A stretch of DNA of 59,523 bases, counting the filler. It is 4 parts of 4 records of this genome, joined end to end, with 100 filler letters (N's around TTAATTAATTAA, not from the genome) between each part and the next. Parts side by side here need not be neighbours in the genome. Positions count along the whole stretch, not along the records: positions 33,176 to 45,226 come from SRR31156797_14241; positions 45,327 to 59,523 come from SRR31156797_14247; 2 more parts are not named here. One strand, written 5' to 3'. Both the position numbers and the translations under genes were made by a program. The notes under the pieces were generated by a model, which was given only the letters and a program-made list of their open reading frames with translations, searched no databases and was not told the DNA's origin. Every line of letters starts with the position of its first letter. Position 1 is the stretch's first letter. This document shows positions 36,109 to 46,723 of the stretch, piece after piece.

Positions 36109-37750
36109 GCTTATACTCTTTTATTTGTTTCTCTTCTATTTTTAAATACCTTGCATTTTTATAACAATCCAGATGTGAAATTATAATCTTAGTTGAATCT
36201 TTGAAGTTTTCATCTATCAAAGAATCTATAAGTTTTATAAAATCTTTATCTAAAGCAGAAGTTGGTTCATCCATAATAAGTATTGATGGTTTTTGTAAAA
36301 CTAATCTTGCTATAGCTAATCTTTGTTTTTGACCACCAGATAAGTTTTGTCCATCTTCACTTAAAATAGTATTCAAACCATTTTCAAGATTTTCATACCA
36401 AGATAAAAGTCCAACTTTATCTAATACATCAATCAAAATATCCTTATCAGAATCTTTTTTTGCTATCAAAAGATTCTCTTTTAAACTTGCATTCAGTACA
36501 ACTGGATTTTGCTCAACTAAACCAATATAGTTTTGAAATGTTTCATTTTCAATTTGATTTATATTTATTCCGCCTAATAAAATTTCACCTTTGTTTAGTG
36601 CTAAATTATTTGTAAGAAGTTCTATCAAAGTAGTTTTTCCAATACCATTTTTACCCAATAAAACAACTTTCTCTTTTGCTTTTATTTTTAAGTTCAAATC
36701 TTCAAAAATATTTGCTAAATGAGGGTATGAAAAAGTGATATTTTTCAATTCTAAATCTAAGTTTTTTTCTAAAAATTTTATATCTTTTTTAGATGCCTCT
36801 TTAGGAGTTATCTCTTCTAATCTTTGCATACTAACTTTTAGTTTAGGAATATTATTTAAAATCCCTAAAATAGTATGAACAGGAGATAAAACCATAGAAA
36901 AGTAACTTAAAAATGCAATCAACTCACCAACTGTTATTTCACCTGCTATAACTTTTAATCCACCAAAAATGATTAATGAAACTCTTGCAAGTAAAGCTAC
37001 AATAACTGGTATTTGAGTAAACTTTATTTGTAAAACTTGTTGTTCTAAAATCTTTTGTTTGTTTATATCTTGCAAAGAAACTAAACTATCTTTTCTACTC
37101 TTAACTGCATTTGTTTTTTTCAAAAAATTTACATATCGTAAAGACTCAATTATAAAGCTTCCCATTATTGCGCTACTTTGTCTTACATCTTTTGTGATAT
37201 CATGCATTTTTGAATACATTGGTTTTAATAAAAAAAACTCTAAAGGAAATAATACAAGAGCAAAAATAGCAAGAGTTATATCAAAAAAGAACATTATAAT
37301 AAGAGCACCTATTAAACCCAAAAGTGCAGAAAACAATGCAAAGATAGAATCTATTCCAAACCTCTGAAGTTCACTAATATCACCTTCAATCCTTGATAAT
37401 AAATCCCCTACTCGATATTTTTGAAAAAAAAGTTTTTTGTTTAAAAATATCTTTTCAAAAATATCTATTCTAAGGCTATACAAAACTTTTATTGAAAGCT
37501 TTGTATAGTTGTATTGTAAAAAGACAGAAAAAACTATTGAAAATATAGAAACAATTATAATCAGGGAAACAAAATAATAAAAATTGTCAATATTTTTTAA
37601 AAGCAATGCACTATCTATAAACTTTTGCATCAAAAGAGGTTGTATCACTGCTATACCACTTGATATCATTGAGATACCAAGTAGTAAAAAAATAGTGTTT
37701 TTTTCTTTTAAGATATAGTATTTTAAGCTATTTACAACACTATTTTTCAT
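36101..37750 (-). CDS. qhpF: ABC exporter (fused TM + ATPase)
   Basis: TM domain, GKNGIGKTT, LSGGQKQR, DEPTSALD; cluster context. Confidence 0.85.
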   Translation of the reverse strand: MKNSVVNSLKYYILKEKNTIFLLLGISMISSGIAVIQPLLMQKFIDSALLLKNIDNFYYFVSLIIIVSIFSIVFSVFLQYNYTKLSIKVLYSLRIDIFEKIFLNKKLFFQKYRVGDLLSRIEGDISELQRFGIDSIFALFSALLGLIGALIIMFFFDITLAIFALVLFPLEFFLLKPMYSKMHDITKDVRQSSAIMGSFIIESLRYVNFLKKTNAVKSRKDSLVSLQDINKQKILEQQVLQIKFTQIPVIVALLARVSLIIFGGLKVIAGEITVGELIAFLSYFSMVLSPVHTILGILNNIPKLKVSMQRLEEITPKEASKKDIKFLEKNLDLELKNITFSYPHLANIFEDLNLKIKAKEKVVLLGKNGIGKTTLIELLTNNLALNKGEILLGGININQIENETFQNYIGLVEQNPVVLNASLKENLLIAKKDSDKDILIDVLDKVGLLSWYENLENGLNTILSEDGQNLSGGQKQRLAIARLVLQKPSILIMDEPTSALDKDFIKLIDSLIDENFKDSTKIIISHLDCYKNARYLKIEEKQIKEYKHE

Positions 37751-37751
37751 C

Positions 37752-38891
37752 TTATTTTACTCTAAATACTTGAAGTGTACTTGCTGCTGTGTCACCTCTT
37801 GGTAAGTCTATATTACCAATTTTTTCTAATGTTTCAGGGTCATAAATAGCGATATCATTAAATGTACCACCTAAATAGATTTTAGAACCATCAGTTGAGA
37901 AGTTTATACAATAATAAGAGTGGTCAAGATAAACTCTTTTTATAACCTCTTGTTTTTTTCTATCAAACTTAGTTAAATCAGTTAAAACTCCATAAAGTAA
38001 GTTCGAGTTGTTTGGATGAGTCATTCCTGTGAACATAATAGTTTCTATTGGTGCAAAATCTTCTTGCTCAACTTTTCCAGTTTCTAAATCAACTCTTGTT
38101 GCACCCCAAACATAATCTGCTGTATCTAAGTTTTGAGTATCATCCTTAAATTTAGCTGCTGTATACATAAGTAAAAACTCATTTGATACATTTCCAATAG
38201 GCCAAATAGCTAAAACATCAGGATTTGAATAGTTTTTTCTCTCCCAGTTTCTAAGTTTTGCCGCTACTGTTATCTCATGAGTTTTAGGATTAATTTTATA
38301 AATTTGTGGACCAGAAGCATAAATTGAACCATCTTTTGCTGTAGCCATTATTGTGATTTGTCTTGGTGCTTTAAAACTATCAACTGGCTTTGCATTTAAA
38401 CCATCTGCTACATTAAAAGTTTTAAATACTGGGTCTAAAACTTTATATCTGTCATTTAGCATCTCTGTTGGATTTGAGATTGTATAGATTTGTTTTCCAT
38501 CGTTACTAATATTAAAAGAGAAAATTGACATTGCTCTAATATTATCGTGTGAAAGATTTGCTTTGAATGTATTTTCACAAGTGTTTAAATCATATCCATA
38601 AACAGTTTGAAAACTCTCTTGTAAAACATATGCTTTTGTTCCATCAGGAGAAACAACTAAACCACCTGAAACTGTTCCACCTTGTAGTTTACAAGTTTTA
38701 ATTAGTTTGTCTTCTTTTCCATCTATAATATGAAGTTGCTGTCCTCTTGCAACCTCAATTAAATAATCTCTGTCTTTTTTTAGTTTTATATTATCTGTAG
38801 ATATTTGCGCAGGTGTAGCTTGATTTGTAATACTACATCCTGTCATAAATATTGCAACTATTAATGATGATAATATTGATATCTTTTTCAT
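37752..38891 (-). CDS. qhpB: Quinohemoprotein amine dehydrogenase beta subunit
   Basis: Beta-propeller; APRQIT, LDHSYYCINFSTDGSKIYLGGT..DIAIYD; follows the gamma subunit. Confidence 0.9.
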   Translation of the reverse strand: MKKISILSSLIVAIFMTGCSITNQATPAQISTDNIKLKKDRDYLIEVARGQQLHIIDGKEDKLIKTCKLQGGTVSGGLVVSPDGTKAYVLQESFQTVYGYDLNTCENTFKANLSHDNIRAMSIFSFNISNDGKQIYTISNPTEMLNDRYKVLDPVFKTFNVADGLNAKPVDSFKAPRQITIMATAKDGSIYASGPQIYKINPKTHEITVAAKLRNWERKNYSNPDVLAIWPIGNVSNEFLLMYTAAKFKDDTQNLDTADYVWGATRVDLETGKVEQEDFAPIETIMFTGMTHPNNSNLLYGVLTDLTKFDRKKQEVIKRVYLDHSYYCINFSTDGSKIYLGGTFNDIAIYDPETLEKIGNIDLPRGDTAASTLQVFRVK

Positions 38892-38903
38892 TGTTAACCT
38901 TTC

Positions 38904-39227
38904 CTATTTCTTTTCTTGTGGATAAACACTTGTATATTTTCTCCAATCATCTTGTGTTGAAGAATAATTAGAACTCCATTTAGAATTGTTCATAGTATCA
39001 GGAACCTGAGTAGGCCACCAGCAAGGGTCAGCACAACCATATAAGTCAGACTCCATAGGTTGGCATAATCCTGCAACTCCACCAAAGGCATCAACTTCCC
39101 AACCTGGGTCAAAAGTTGAAGTACAACCTACAATACTTTGCATTGCCATAACTTCTTTTTCAGTCCCATCTTTTATTGATTTATTTAATAAATCAGCTTT
39201 TGGATTTAAAGGTTTAAATAAGCCCAT
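38904..39227 (-). CDS. qhpC: Quinohemoprotein amine dehydrogenase gamma subunit precursor
   Basis: 28-aa leader then [40 protein letters not shown] with C7/E16, C27/D33, C41/D49, C37/W43 at canonical positions; ATG 39227 after AAGGAG. Confidence 0.96.
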   Translation of the reverse strand: MGLFKPLNPKADLLNKSIKDGTEKEVMAMQSIVGCTSTFDPGWEVDAFGGVAGLCQPMESDLYGCADPCWWPTQVPDTMNNSKWSSNYSSTQDDWRKYTSVYPQEKK

Positions 39228-40617
39228 TTGTATCTCCTTTTTCTTCGTTAAAATATTTGTCAAAAAATGCTGGATTGTTTTTTCTTATTTCAGAATATGC
39301 ATACAATCCATAATCAATCCAATCTCTCATAATATCGCAGTAATGAAGTACTGCTTTTGAGGGGTCGTTATATCTAATATAACTCTCGTGATAACATCCA
39401 CCTGCGCATAAATTTCTTATATGACAAGTTGAACAATCTCCATCATTTGTGTTTAATCTTTTTTCAATAAAATTTGATAATTTTGGTTTATCAAGACCAG
39501 TTTTTACATTTCCAAAATTTGGGAAATCGCTTCCTGTAAATCTATGGCAAAGGTCAAAGTTACCTTCATAACTTACAGATAAAAGCCCTACTCCAGCTCC
39601 ACATGGAAGTTTTTTCTTTCTTCCTGCATGGATATCTCCAATAAGTCTGTGAAGATTTGAAAATCCATTAAATACGCCATTACTAGCAGCTTTAATATAT
39701 GATTCTCCCATTTGTTTAAAACCTTCAAAAACAGAAAGCAATTCCTCTTCACTTAAATTAAATACTGCATTATCACTTGCTGTTGCCGGAGCAAATCCAA
39801 CTTCACTAAATTTTAGTTCATTAAATAAATGATCCCAAATCTCTTCAACTTGAGTAATACCTCTTGTTAAAGTAACTCTAGCTCCAATTGGTCGACTTTT
39901 GTCATACATACTTAAAAGAAGTTCTACTTTTTTTCGAACCATATCATAACTTCCACTTCCACTATTTGTTAGTCTAGTTTTGTTATGAATTGCTTTTGGA
40001 CCATCCATACTAATTGTGATTCCAAATTGATATTTATCTAAAAAAGATATAATCTCTTTTGTAAGAAGTGTTGCATTTGTAGTGATAGTAAAATCAACTT
40101 GAGCATCTCTTTGTTTGAAAAACTCTCTTGCATACATAGTTACATCTTTTATCAACTCAAAATTACTAAGTGGCTCTCCACCAAAAAAAGTCACATTGTA
40201 AACTTTTTGGTTTGGTGCTCCATCATATAGATGTTTTATAGCTTCCATAGCTGTTTCAAAAGTCATATTTCCACTATTTTTAAGTGTTTCCAAATCTGCT
40301 TTATAACAATATGTACAACTTAAATTACACCCTGAAGCGATATTTAGAATTAATGTTGTTGCAGGAAAGTTTTTAACCTCTGTATACTCTTTTGGTTCTT
40401 CATTTCCTACAACATTTAGTTGCTCTAACATCTGAAGATCATCACTATAAATATCCTCTTTTGTTAGCTTTCTATTTTCTAATCTAGTTATTAACTCGGC
40501 ACCATCTTTATCTAGTTCATATAATGCACTTGATGGCACATGAAATAACAAACTATTGCTATCATGGTTTATTATTCTATAATTGTGCTTGTTTACTTTA
40601 AATTCGTTATTACTCAT
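39214..40617 (-). CDS. qhpD: Radical SAM/SPASM thioether-forming maturase
   Basis: [11 protein letters not shown]-terminus, [42 protein letters not shown]. Confidence 0.93.
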   Translation of the reverse strand: MSNNEFKVNKHNYRIINHDSNSLLFHVPSSALYELDKDGAELITRLENRKLTKEDIYSDDLQMLEQLNVVGNEEPKEYTEVKNFPATTLILNIASGCNLSCTYCYKADLETLKNSGNMTFETAMEAIKHLYDGAPNQKVYNVTFFGGEPLSNFELIKDVTMYAREFFKQRDAQVDFTITTNATLLTKEIISFLDKYQFGITISMDGPKAIHNKTRLTNSGSGSYDMVRKKVELLLSMYDKSRPIGARVTLTRGITQVEEIWDHLFNELKFSEVGFAPATASDNAVFNLSEEELLSVFEGFKQMGESYIKAASNGVFNGFSNLHRLIGDIHAGRKKKLPCGAGVGLLSVSYEGNFDLCHRFTGSDFPNFGNVKTGLDKPKLSNFIEKRLNTNDGDCSTCHIRNLCAGGCYHESYIRYNDPSKAVLHYCDIMRDWIDYGLYAYSEIRKNNPAFFDKYFNEEKGDTNGLI

Positions 40618-40628
40618 AATTTCTCTCC

Positions 40629-42215
40629 TTAGTTAATTGGAGAATTCACCCATTTTTGAACTGTAACAATTAAGTGAGAATCAGCTTTTAAAGTCTCATT
40701 TTCATCTTTATAAGTTGCAAAAACTTTTAGGTTTCCAGCATTGTTAGTTCCAAATCTTCTTTTTGGATTTGGTCCAGCAAATGAAGGAGTGAATCTTCCA
40801 CTAAATGAATCCATTGTTCCTGTATATTTAACATCTTCATCTTCTTTAGCTCTCTCATCAAAAGGAGCAACACTCCATTTTGCATCAATTTTTCCTAAAG
40901 AGATATCATCAGATGTACCAATTTTCCCATCTTTCCCAGCTAAATAACCATAAGCTTCAAAAATAGCATGTTGTTTTGGCATCTTTCCACCACCATCACC
41001 AACTCTTGCTATCGCATATGATGGATAAACTTTTAGGCCTTCAACTTTTTTATAAACAACTAATTCATTATCAAGTTTTAAAGAACCAATTGATAAGTCT
41101 ATTTGTTTAGAATCATATTTAGAAGATGCAGTTACATCTAAAACAATTTTTGACGCTGTTTTTTCTAAAATTTTATTTACTTTTAATCCTGATGAAAGTT
41201 TAATATCACCTTTTAGATTAACACCACTTATTGTTACAACAGAAGATGTACCAGCTTTAATTGAAGTTGGATAAACTCCTAAAACAAGAGATTTTGAATC
41301 AATTTTTACACCCTTTACAAAAGAATGTTCTTCTGAGTGTAATATTTCAAACATACTTCCTTCTAAAGTATTTGTTTTTGGATCCATTTTGAATACTTGA
41401 TTAACTGTAATACCATCAAAGTTTAAAGTCGCTCTCCACTCATAACCTGAATACACAATAGCTTCACCAGTTGCACTCAATTCTCTTCCATCAAGATATT
41501 CACCTTTTAAAGTTAAACTGTATACATCATTAGAAGTTTTTTCAGCTTTCATAGTTGCAGTAAAATCACCATCACCTAACTTGTGACCATATAAAGTCCA
41601 AGTTCCACCATAGTTTGCTTCAATTTTTTCAAATTTAGTATCATTTCCAAATTTTTCAGTTAAGAGGGGAACAATTTCATTTTTAGCAATTTTAAACCAT
41701 TCTCTATCTCTAGATAATGATTGATACTCTAAAGTAGGAAATTGACCTAAATGGAACTCAATCAAATTATTCCACTCTCCGGCTGTTCTTCTTTGAAGAC
41801 CGATTCTTGCTTCACTGTGACATCTTGCACATGCTTCAGTTGTACTTGCATCAAAGGTAGGGTTCTCTTGATAATTAGGCGTTTTTTCTAAGATATATCT
41901 ATAAGGTTCACTTTCACTTGGATTTAAACCTTGCGTATCAGCTAAATACTTAACAACACTTTTTCTCTCAATATCACTTAAAACCAAACCATGACTATTT
42001 TCCATTCTAGAAACAGTCATATACCAACCTTCAGGTGTTTTTCTTTGGTCAGAAATTCTGCTTAAATGTGAATCTAAATTTCCAGTGTGACACGCTGTAC
42101 ATTTAGTATCAATAACATTTTTAGCTTCAATAAAATCTGTAGCATATAAACTTGCAGATGAAACTAAAAAACCAATACCTAACTTAAGTACTGAATTTAA
42201 ATAAGTAGTTTTCAA
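40629..42215 (-). CDS. qhpA: Quinohemoprotein amine dehydrogenase alpha subunit (diheme)
   Basis: CTACH..SRISDQRKTPEGWYMT, CARCHS, HLGQFPTLEYQ, YSGYEWR, HLIVTVQKW; TTG start 42215 after AGGAG. Confidence 0.95.
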   Translation of the reverse strand: MKTTYLNSVLKLGIGFLVSSASLYATDFIEAKNVIDTKCTACHTGNLDSHLSRISDQRKTPEGWYMTVSRMENSHGLVLSDIERKSVVKYLADTQGLNPSESEPYRYILEKTPNYQENPTFDASTTEACARCHSEARIGLQRRTAGEWNNLIEFHLGQFPTLEYQSLSRDREWFKIAKNEIVPLLTEKFGNDTKFEKIEANYGGTWTLYGHKLGDGDFTATMKAEKTSNDVYSLTLKGEYLDGRELSATGEAIVYSGYEWRATLNFDGITVNQVFKMDPKTNTLEGSMFEILHSEEHSFVKGVKIDSKSLVLGVYPTSIKAGTSSVVTISGVNLKGDIKLSSGLKVNKILEKTASKIVLDVTASSKYDSKQIDLSIGSLKLDNELVVYKKVEGLKVYPSYAIARVGDGGGKMPKQHAIFEAYGYLAGKDGKIGTSDDISLGKIDAKWSVAPFDERAKEDEDVKYTGTMDSFSGRFTPSFAGPNPKRRFGTNNAGNLKVFATYKDENETLKADSHLIVTVQKWVNSPIN

Positions 42216-42284
42216 CTTTACTCCTTTTATTCTTTTCAATCAAAATTGATCAAACGAATTATAAAAATAAAGAAAAAAAATGTA

Positions 42285-42380
42285 TAGAAAAAAAACGACA
42301 TTTTTGAATAAAAAATATACAAGAAATCTGTATATAATATTTTCAATTATAAAAGTGCCATTTTAGAAAAAAAACGACAT
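42285..42380. promoter_or_regulatory. Two identical 17-bp direct repeats, candidate AraC-family operators
   Basis: TAGAAAAAAAACGACAT at 42285-42301 and 42364-42380 in the qhpA/porin divergent region. Confidence 0.5.
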
Positions 42381-42497
42381 ATTTCATAATTTTTTTATAG
42401 TTTTTCTATTTTTTATGGCTTATTTTTACACATTTTGAATCATCCTTATTACTTATTTCAAGGTTATACTTTCAATATCTCAAATACAAGGATTAAA

Positions 42498-43175
42498 ATG
42501 AAAAGAACAAAAAGTATATTACTTAGCTTAGTTGTTGCATCTTCAATCGCGACATGTGCACAAGCAGATGAATTTGGAATAACAACTAGTCTAACTGCTA
42601 CAAATAACTATGTTTCAAGAGGTTTAACTCAATCAAATGACAAAGGGGCAATCTTTGGTGAAGTTACACTATCTTATGGGAATTTTTACACAGGTGTATG
42701 GGCTTCAAATGTAGAATTTGAAGGAGTAGATGCTGATAGTGAGTATGATATTTATGCAGGTTATGCAACTTCTATTGGAAATTTTAATATTGATACACAT
42801 TATGTAAGATATTTATATCCAAACTCTTCAGATATTTTAAACTATGATGAAGCAGTTTTTGATTTAAGCTATACATATAATAAATTAACAGTTGGTGGAG
42901 CATATTATTGGGGAACTTATACAGAAGATGATGGTGTAGAACTTGACTATGTAGAAGGGTATGCTTCTTATGATTTTGATCTTGTGACATTTCATACAAG
43001 TTATGGAGACTATGAAGATATTGGAGACAACTATTCAGTTGGTCTTACAAAAAACTTTAGTCTAAATGATGATAATTTATCTCTTGACCTTAGTTATTCT
43101 AAATTTGATGCAGATTTAGACAGTGGGTATGAAGATGAAAACAATCTTTATGCTACAATCACCTATACATTTTAA
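42498..43175 (+). CDS. TorF-like putative outer-membrane porin
   Basis: Signal peptide, NYVSRGLTQS, FYTGVWASNV, EYDIYAGY, C-terminal YTF. Confidence 0.85.
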   Translation: MKRTKSILLSLVVASSIATCAQADEFGITTSLTATNNYVSRGLTQSNDKGAIFGEVTLSYGNFYTGVWASNVEFEGVDADSEYDIYAGYATSIGNFNIDTHYVRYLYPNSSDILNYDEAVFDLSYTYNKLTVGGAYYWGTYTEDDGVELDYVEGYASYDFDLVTFHTSYGDYEDIGDNYSVGLTKNFSLNDDNLSLDLSYSKFDADLDSGYEDENNLYATITYTF

Positions 43176-43184
43176 GGAATAAGA

Positions 43185-44027
43185 TTGTTTACATCAAAGA
43201 TGTTTTTGCCAGATAATAGACTCAAAGAGTGGATAAAAGTCTACTGGTTTTTCAAAGGCAATGGAGTTGGTTACAACTCCACTGTTAGACATATTTTACC
43301 AGATGGTTGTGCAACTATAGTTTTTGTTTTAGATGGAACAATGGATTTGACTATATATGAAGAGGGAACTCTTCAAAGAGGGATTTACATTGCTCCTCCT
43401 GTTATCAAATCTCATTTTGACACAATAAGTGACGATATTCATATGATTGATATTCAACTTAATCCAAGTGTCTTTTATAAACTATTTAATACACCTATTA
43501 ATAGGCTAGAAAATAAACTTTATACATTTGAAGAACTTTCTATAAATTTTGACAGTTGCATTTTGGAAGAGATAGAAGAGATAAAAGAGGATGACTATAA
43601 AATTTATGAACTTATAAATAAGTTTTTCTTAAAACTTTTCAACCAAAGAAACTTTTTTGCAGATGAAATCATCTACAATATTAATGAGTTATATAAGTTT
43701 GGAGATCTAAATAAGTTTTTTAATGAACAAAAACTTTCCATAAGACAACTTGAACGAAAAGTAAAAGACTACACAGGACTCACGCCAAAGAATTTAAGCC
43801 GTATGGGAAGATTTTATTCTGTTTTAGAATATATGAAATTTAGACAATTTGATATTGAATTCACAGAAGTTGCTTTTGAACACAAATTTTCAGATCAATC
43901 ACATTTCATAAGAGAATTTAAATACTTTTCAGAACAAACCCCAACAAAATTTTTGAAAGATATGAACAATTTTCCTCAATTTAGTGGCTTATGTAACTTA
44001 ACAAAAACATTCAATGATATTAGATAG
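43185..44027 (+). CDS. AraC-family regulator (candidate qhp activator)
   Basis: ILPDGC N-domain; SIRQLERK..GLTPK..FSDQSHFIREFK. Confidence 0.9.
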   Translation: MFTSKMFLPDNRLKEWIKVYWFFKGNGVGYNSTVRHILPDGCATIVFVLDGTMDLTIYEEGTLQRGIYIAPPVIKSHFDTISDDIHMIDIQLNPSVFYKLFNTPINRLENKLYTFEELSINFDSCILEEIEEIKEDDYKIYELINKFFLKLFNQRNFFADEIIYNINELYKFGDLNKFFNEQKLSIRQLERKVKDYTGLTPKNLSRMGRFYSVLEYMKFRQFDIEFTEVAFEHKFSDQSHFIREFKYFSEQTPTKFLKDMNNFPQFSGLCNLTKTFNDIR

Positions 44028-44108
44028 ATTACTTATTAAAGTATCTATTTAATACCATCAAAAATATTTTTTGCTTACTTTTTGTATAATAAAATAAAAA
44101 GAGCAAAA

Positions 44109-44681
44109 ATGGCAGAGAAAGATAAAATTAAATGGAATAACAAATACAAAGAGTTGCCAAAACTCTTAGAGAAAAGAGACCCTTGTGAAAAGCTTGTAAA
44201 ATTTATTGAAAAAGCATCAAAAGGAAAAGCTCTTGATGTTGCTTGTGGTTCTGGAAGAAATACTATTTTTATGGCAAACAATGGCTTTGAAGTTGATGCT
44301 TTGGATATCTCTTCAGTTGCACTTGAAAACCTTTCTAAACTAAATAATCCAAATATTAATACTCTTCTTGTTGATTTAGATGAATATAGCTTTGAAGATG
44401 AAACTTATAATCTAATCACTAAAACAAATTTTCTTGATAGACAAATTATTCAAAAACTAAAAAAAGCATTGAAAAAAGATGGAATAATAGTTATTGAAAC
44501 ATATATGGAAGATAAAGAAAATGAAAAAAAAGATTCTAACCCTGCATATCTTTTAAAACAAGGTGAATTAAAAACTTACTTTCAAGAAGGATTTGAGATA
44601 TTAGATTATGATGAGTTTTTTAATGAAACTTATGAGCTTTATAGGATGAAAAAACAAGCAATTGTTGCAAGAAAAATCTAA
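44109..44681 (+). CDS. SAM-dependent methyltransferase (TehB-like)
   Basis: KWNNKY, ALDVACGSGRN, DALDIS, YLLKQGEL. Confidence 0.85.
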   Translation: MAEKDKIKWNNKYKELPKLLEKRDPCEKLVKFIEKASKGKALDVACGSGRNTIFMANNGFEVDALDISSVALENLSKLNNPNINTLLVDLDEYSFEDETYNLITKTNFLDRQIIQKLKKALKKDGIIVIETYMEDKENEKKDSNPAYLLKQGELKTYFQEGFEILDYDEFFNETYELYRMKKQAIVARKI

Positions 44682-44698
44682 GCTAATAAAATATTAGC

Positions 44699-45226
44699 TT
44701 AGAAACTTTCCCACTCATCATCATCTGTATTTGATGGCTTTATCTCTTTTGGTTCTGAAACTTTTGTAGTTTTTTTCTCTATATAAACCTCATCTGTTTT
44801 TTTTGAAACTTTTTTTGATTCTTTAGTATCATACTTTCCTACAAACTCTTTTTGATTTGCTTCATCAATAATTTTATCTGCTATTGTTGATGTAACATTT
44901 GCTATCTCTTGTGTTTCATTTGCAATTCCTGCATTCTCTTGGGTTTGTTGGTCTAAAGAGTTGATTGCATCATTTATTTGTTTTATTCCTCTTAACTGCT
45001 CTTTACTAGCTGTCTCTACATTTGAAATCAATTCTAAAGTTTTTGATACATTTGCATTTAGACTCTCATATCCACTAATCATAGAATCAGCAATAGTTTT
45101 ACCACTATTTGCTTTTTGTGTAGCTTCACTTACTATATCTTTAATCTCTTTAGCAGCTTCAGCAGATCTGCTTGCAAGATTCCTAACTTCTTGCGCAACA
45201 ACAGCAAAACCTTTTCCTGCTTCACC
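44699..45226 (-). CDS. Methyl-accepting chemotaxis protein, C-terminal fragment
   Basis: GEAGKGFAVVAQEVRNLASRSAEAAKEIK; terminal pentapeptide EWESF. Confidence 0.92.
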   Translation of the reverse strand, partial: GEAGKGFAVVAQEVRNLASRSAEAAKEIKDIVSEATQKANSGKTIADSMISGYESLNANVSKTLELISNVETASKEQLRGIKQINDAINSLDQQTQENAGIANETQEIANVTSTIADKIIDEANQKEFVGKYDTKESKKVSKKTDEVYIEKKTTKVSEPKEIKPSNTDDDEWESF

Positions 45227-45326
45227 NNNNNNNNNNNNNNNNNNNNNNNNNNNNNNNNNNNNNNNNNNNNTTAATTAATTAANNNNNNNNNNNNNNNNNN
45301 NNNNNNNNNNNNNNNNNNNNNNNNNN
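45227..45326. other. Artificial contig linker
   Basis: N-run/TTAATTAATTAA/N-run, 100 nt. Confidence 0.97.
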
Positions 45327-46181
45327 ATCAAAAATATTCATTGTTTTACAAATATATAAATATGATAGAGGGTCAAATATTTTTGGAAAGTTATATGCAT
45401 TGTATTCCAAGTATCTTTCAACTTCAAATCTACCAAAAAGTTCATATAAACCGTCAGTTCTTGAATAATCTCTACCAAACTTTTTATTGAAAAGTTGAGG
45501 ACTTAGATAAGCTATCAATCCTGCCATTCTTCCTATTGCAAGTCCAGGTAATCCATTTGCAGCTAAATCATCTTTTTTATAAAAACCATCTTTAAATGCT
45601 GGGTCGTGTCTAATAGCTTCAATTGCAAGTTTATTTATAGCAATCGCCCAAGGTCTGGTATAAGCTGTTGTTGCTAAAGCGAAAACTTGCTCTGCAAAAT
45701 CTGGATGGTCAATAGAGTAGCAAAGCGCTTGCATTCCACCCATACTTCCACCTACAACTGCTTTTGCTTTTTGGATTCCTAGTTTTTTGTAAAGTCTCAT
45801 TTGTGCTTTTACAATATCAGAAATCGTTAATATTGGAAATTTTAATCTATACTCTTTTTTTGTAGCTGGGTCAATACTTAAGGCATTTGTTGAACCAAAA
45901 GTACTACCGATATTATTTGAACAAATTACAAAATATTTGCTAGTATCAATTGCTTTTCCATCACCAATAAACTTATCCCACCATCCAGCTTTTGCTTCAT
46001 CTGCATATCTTCCAGCTGCGTGGTGGTTTCCTGCTAAGGCGTGACATATTACTATTACATTTGATTTATCTTCATTTAATTCACCATAAGTTTCATAAAC
46101 GATTTCAAATTCTTCTAAAATCCGCCCACTTTCTAAGTGTAAAGGCTCTTTAAATATCTCTTTTTTAGTCTCAATCTTCAT
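45327..46181 (-). CDS. metX: Homoserine O-acetyltransferase, 3'-truncated
   Basis: YETYGELN, ICHALAG, GWWD..IG, GGSMGGMQA. Confidence 0.93.
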
Positions 46182-46259
46182 TTATTTTAAGTTATTTTCC
46201 AAATATATTTGTTTTAAAGTTGATTATTTTATCGAAAAGTTACTAAATTTGCGGTGTTT

Positions 46260-46709
46260 TTAAGTTAAGTCTAACTCTTCAAAACTTGATTTCATAATGT
46301 TTTGCCAAGACTCATCTGGTGCCCACTCTTCAAACATAGATAAATTGATATCATCAAAAGGTGTGTTTAGTATATGTTTATGATACAAATACATGAAAGC
46401 TGTAACTCTATAATTTTTTGCACAATGAACCCACACTTTTCTATTTTGTAAGGATACTAAAGTATGAAGAAATAAAGAAGCATCTTCTGTTGTAGGATTT
46501 TCAAAATCAACAGGAATATGAAAGTATGCTAAACCCAAATCTGTTACTATTTTATCTTCATCTTTTAATACATTTGATGATGCAGATGTAGCAAGATTTA
46601 TTACAACATCAAACCCTTCGTCTTTGATTTTCTCAAGTTGATGTTTTGTTGGTTGCCCTGAAGTTGAAATTTTCTCGTCAATCTTAATGTAGTTTAGAAT
46701 ATCTTCCAT
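46260..46709 (-). CDS. Tyrosine-phosphatase-like / sulfur-transferase-like (DUF442-type) protein
   Basis: TSGQP, VINLA, HIPV, VWVHCAKNYR. Confidence 0.75.
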   Translation of the reverse strand: MEDILNYIKIDEKISTSGQPTKHQLEKIKDEGFDVVINLATSASSNVLKDEDKIVTDLGLAYFHIPVDFENPTTEDASLFLHTLVSLQNRKVWVHCAKNYRVTAFMYLYHKHILNTPFDDINLSMFEEWAPDESWQNIMKSSFEELDLT

Positions 46710-46723
46710 AACAATCCTTTTTG

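Noticed and set aside
38904-40617. Cys-rich peptide plus radical SAM, peptidase and ABC exporter as a novel RiPP cluster
   Set aside because: Fully explained by the known QhpC/D/E/F maturation pathway.
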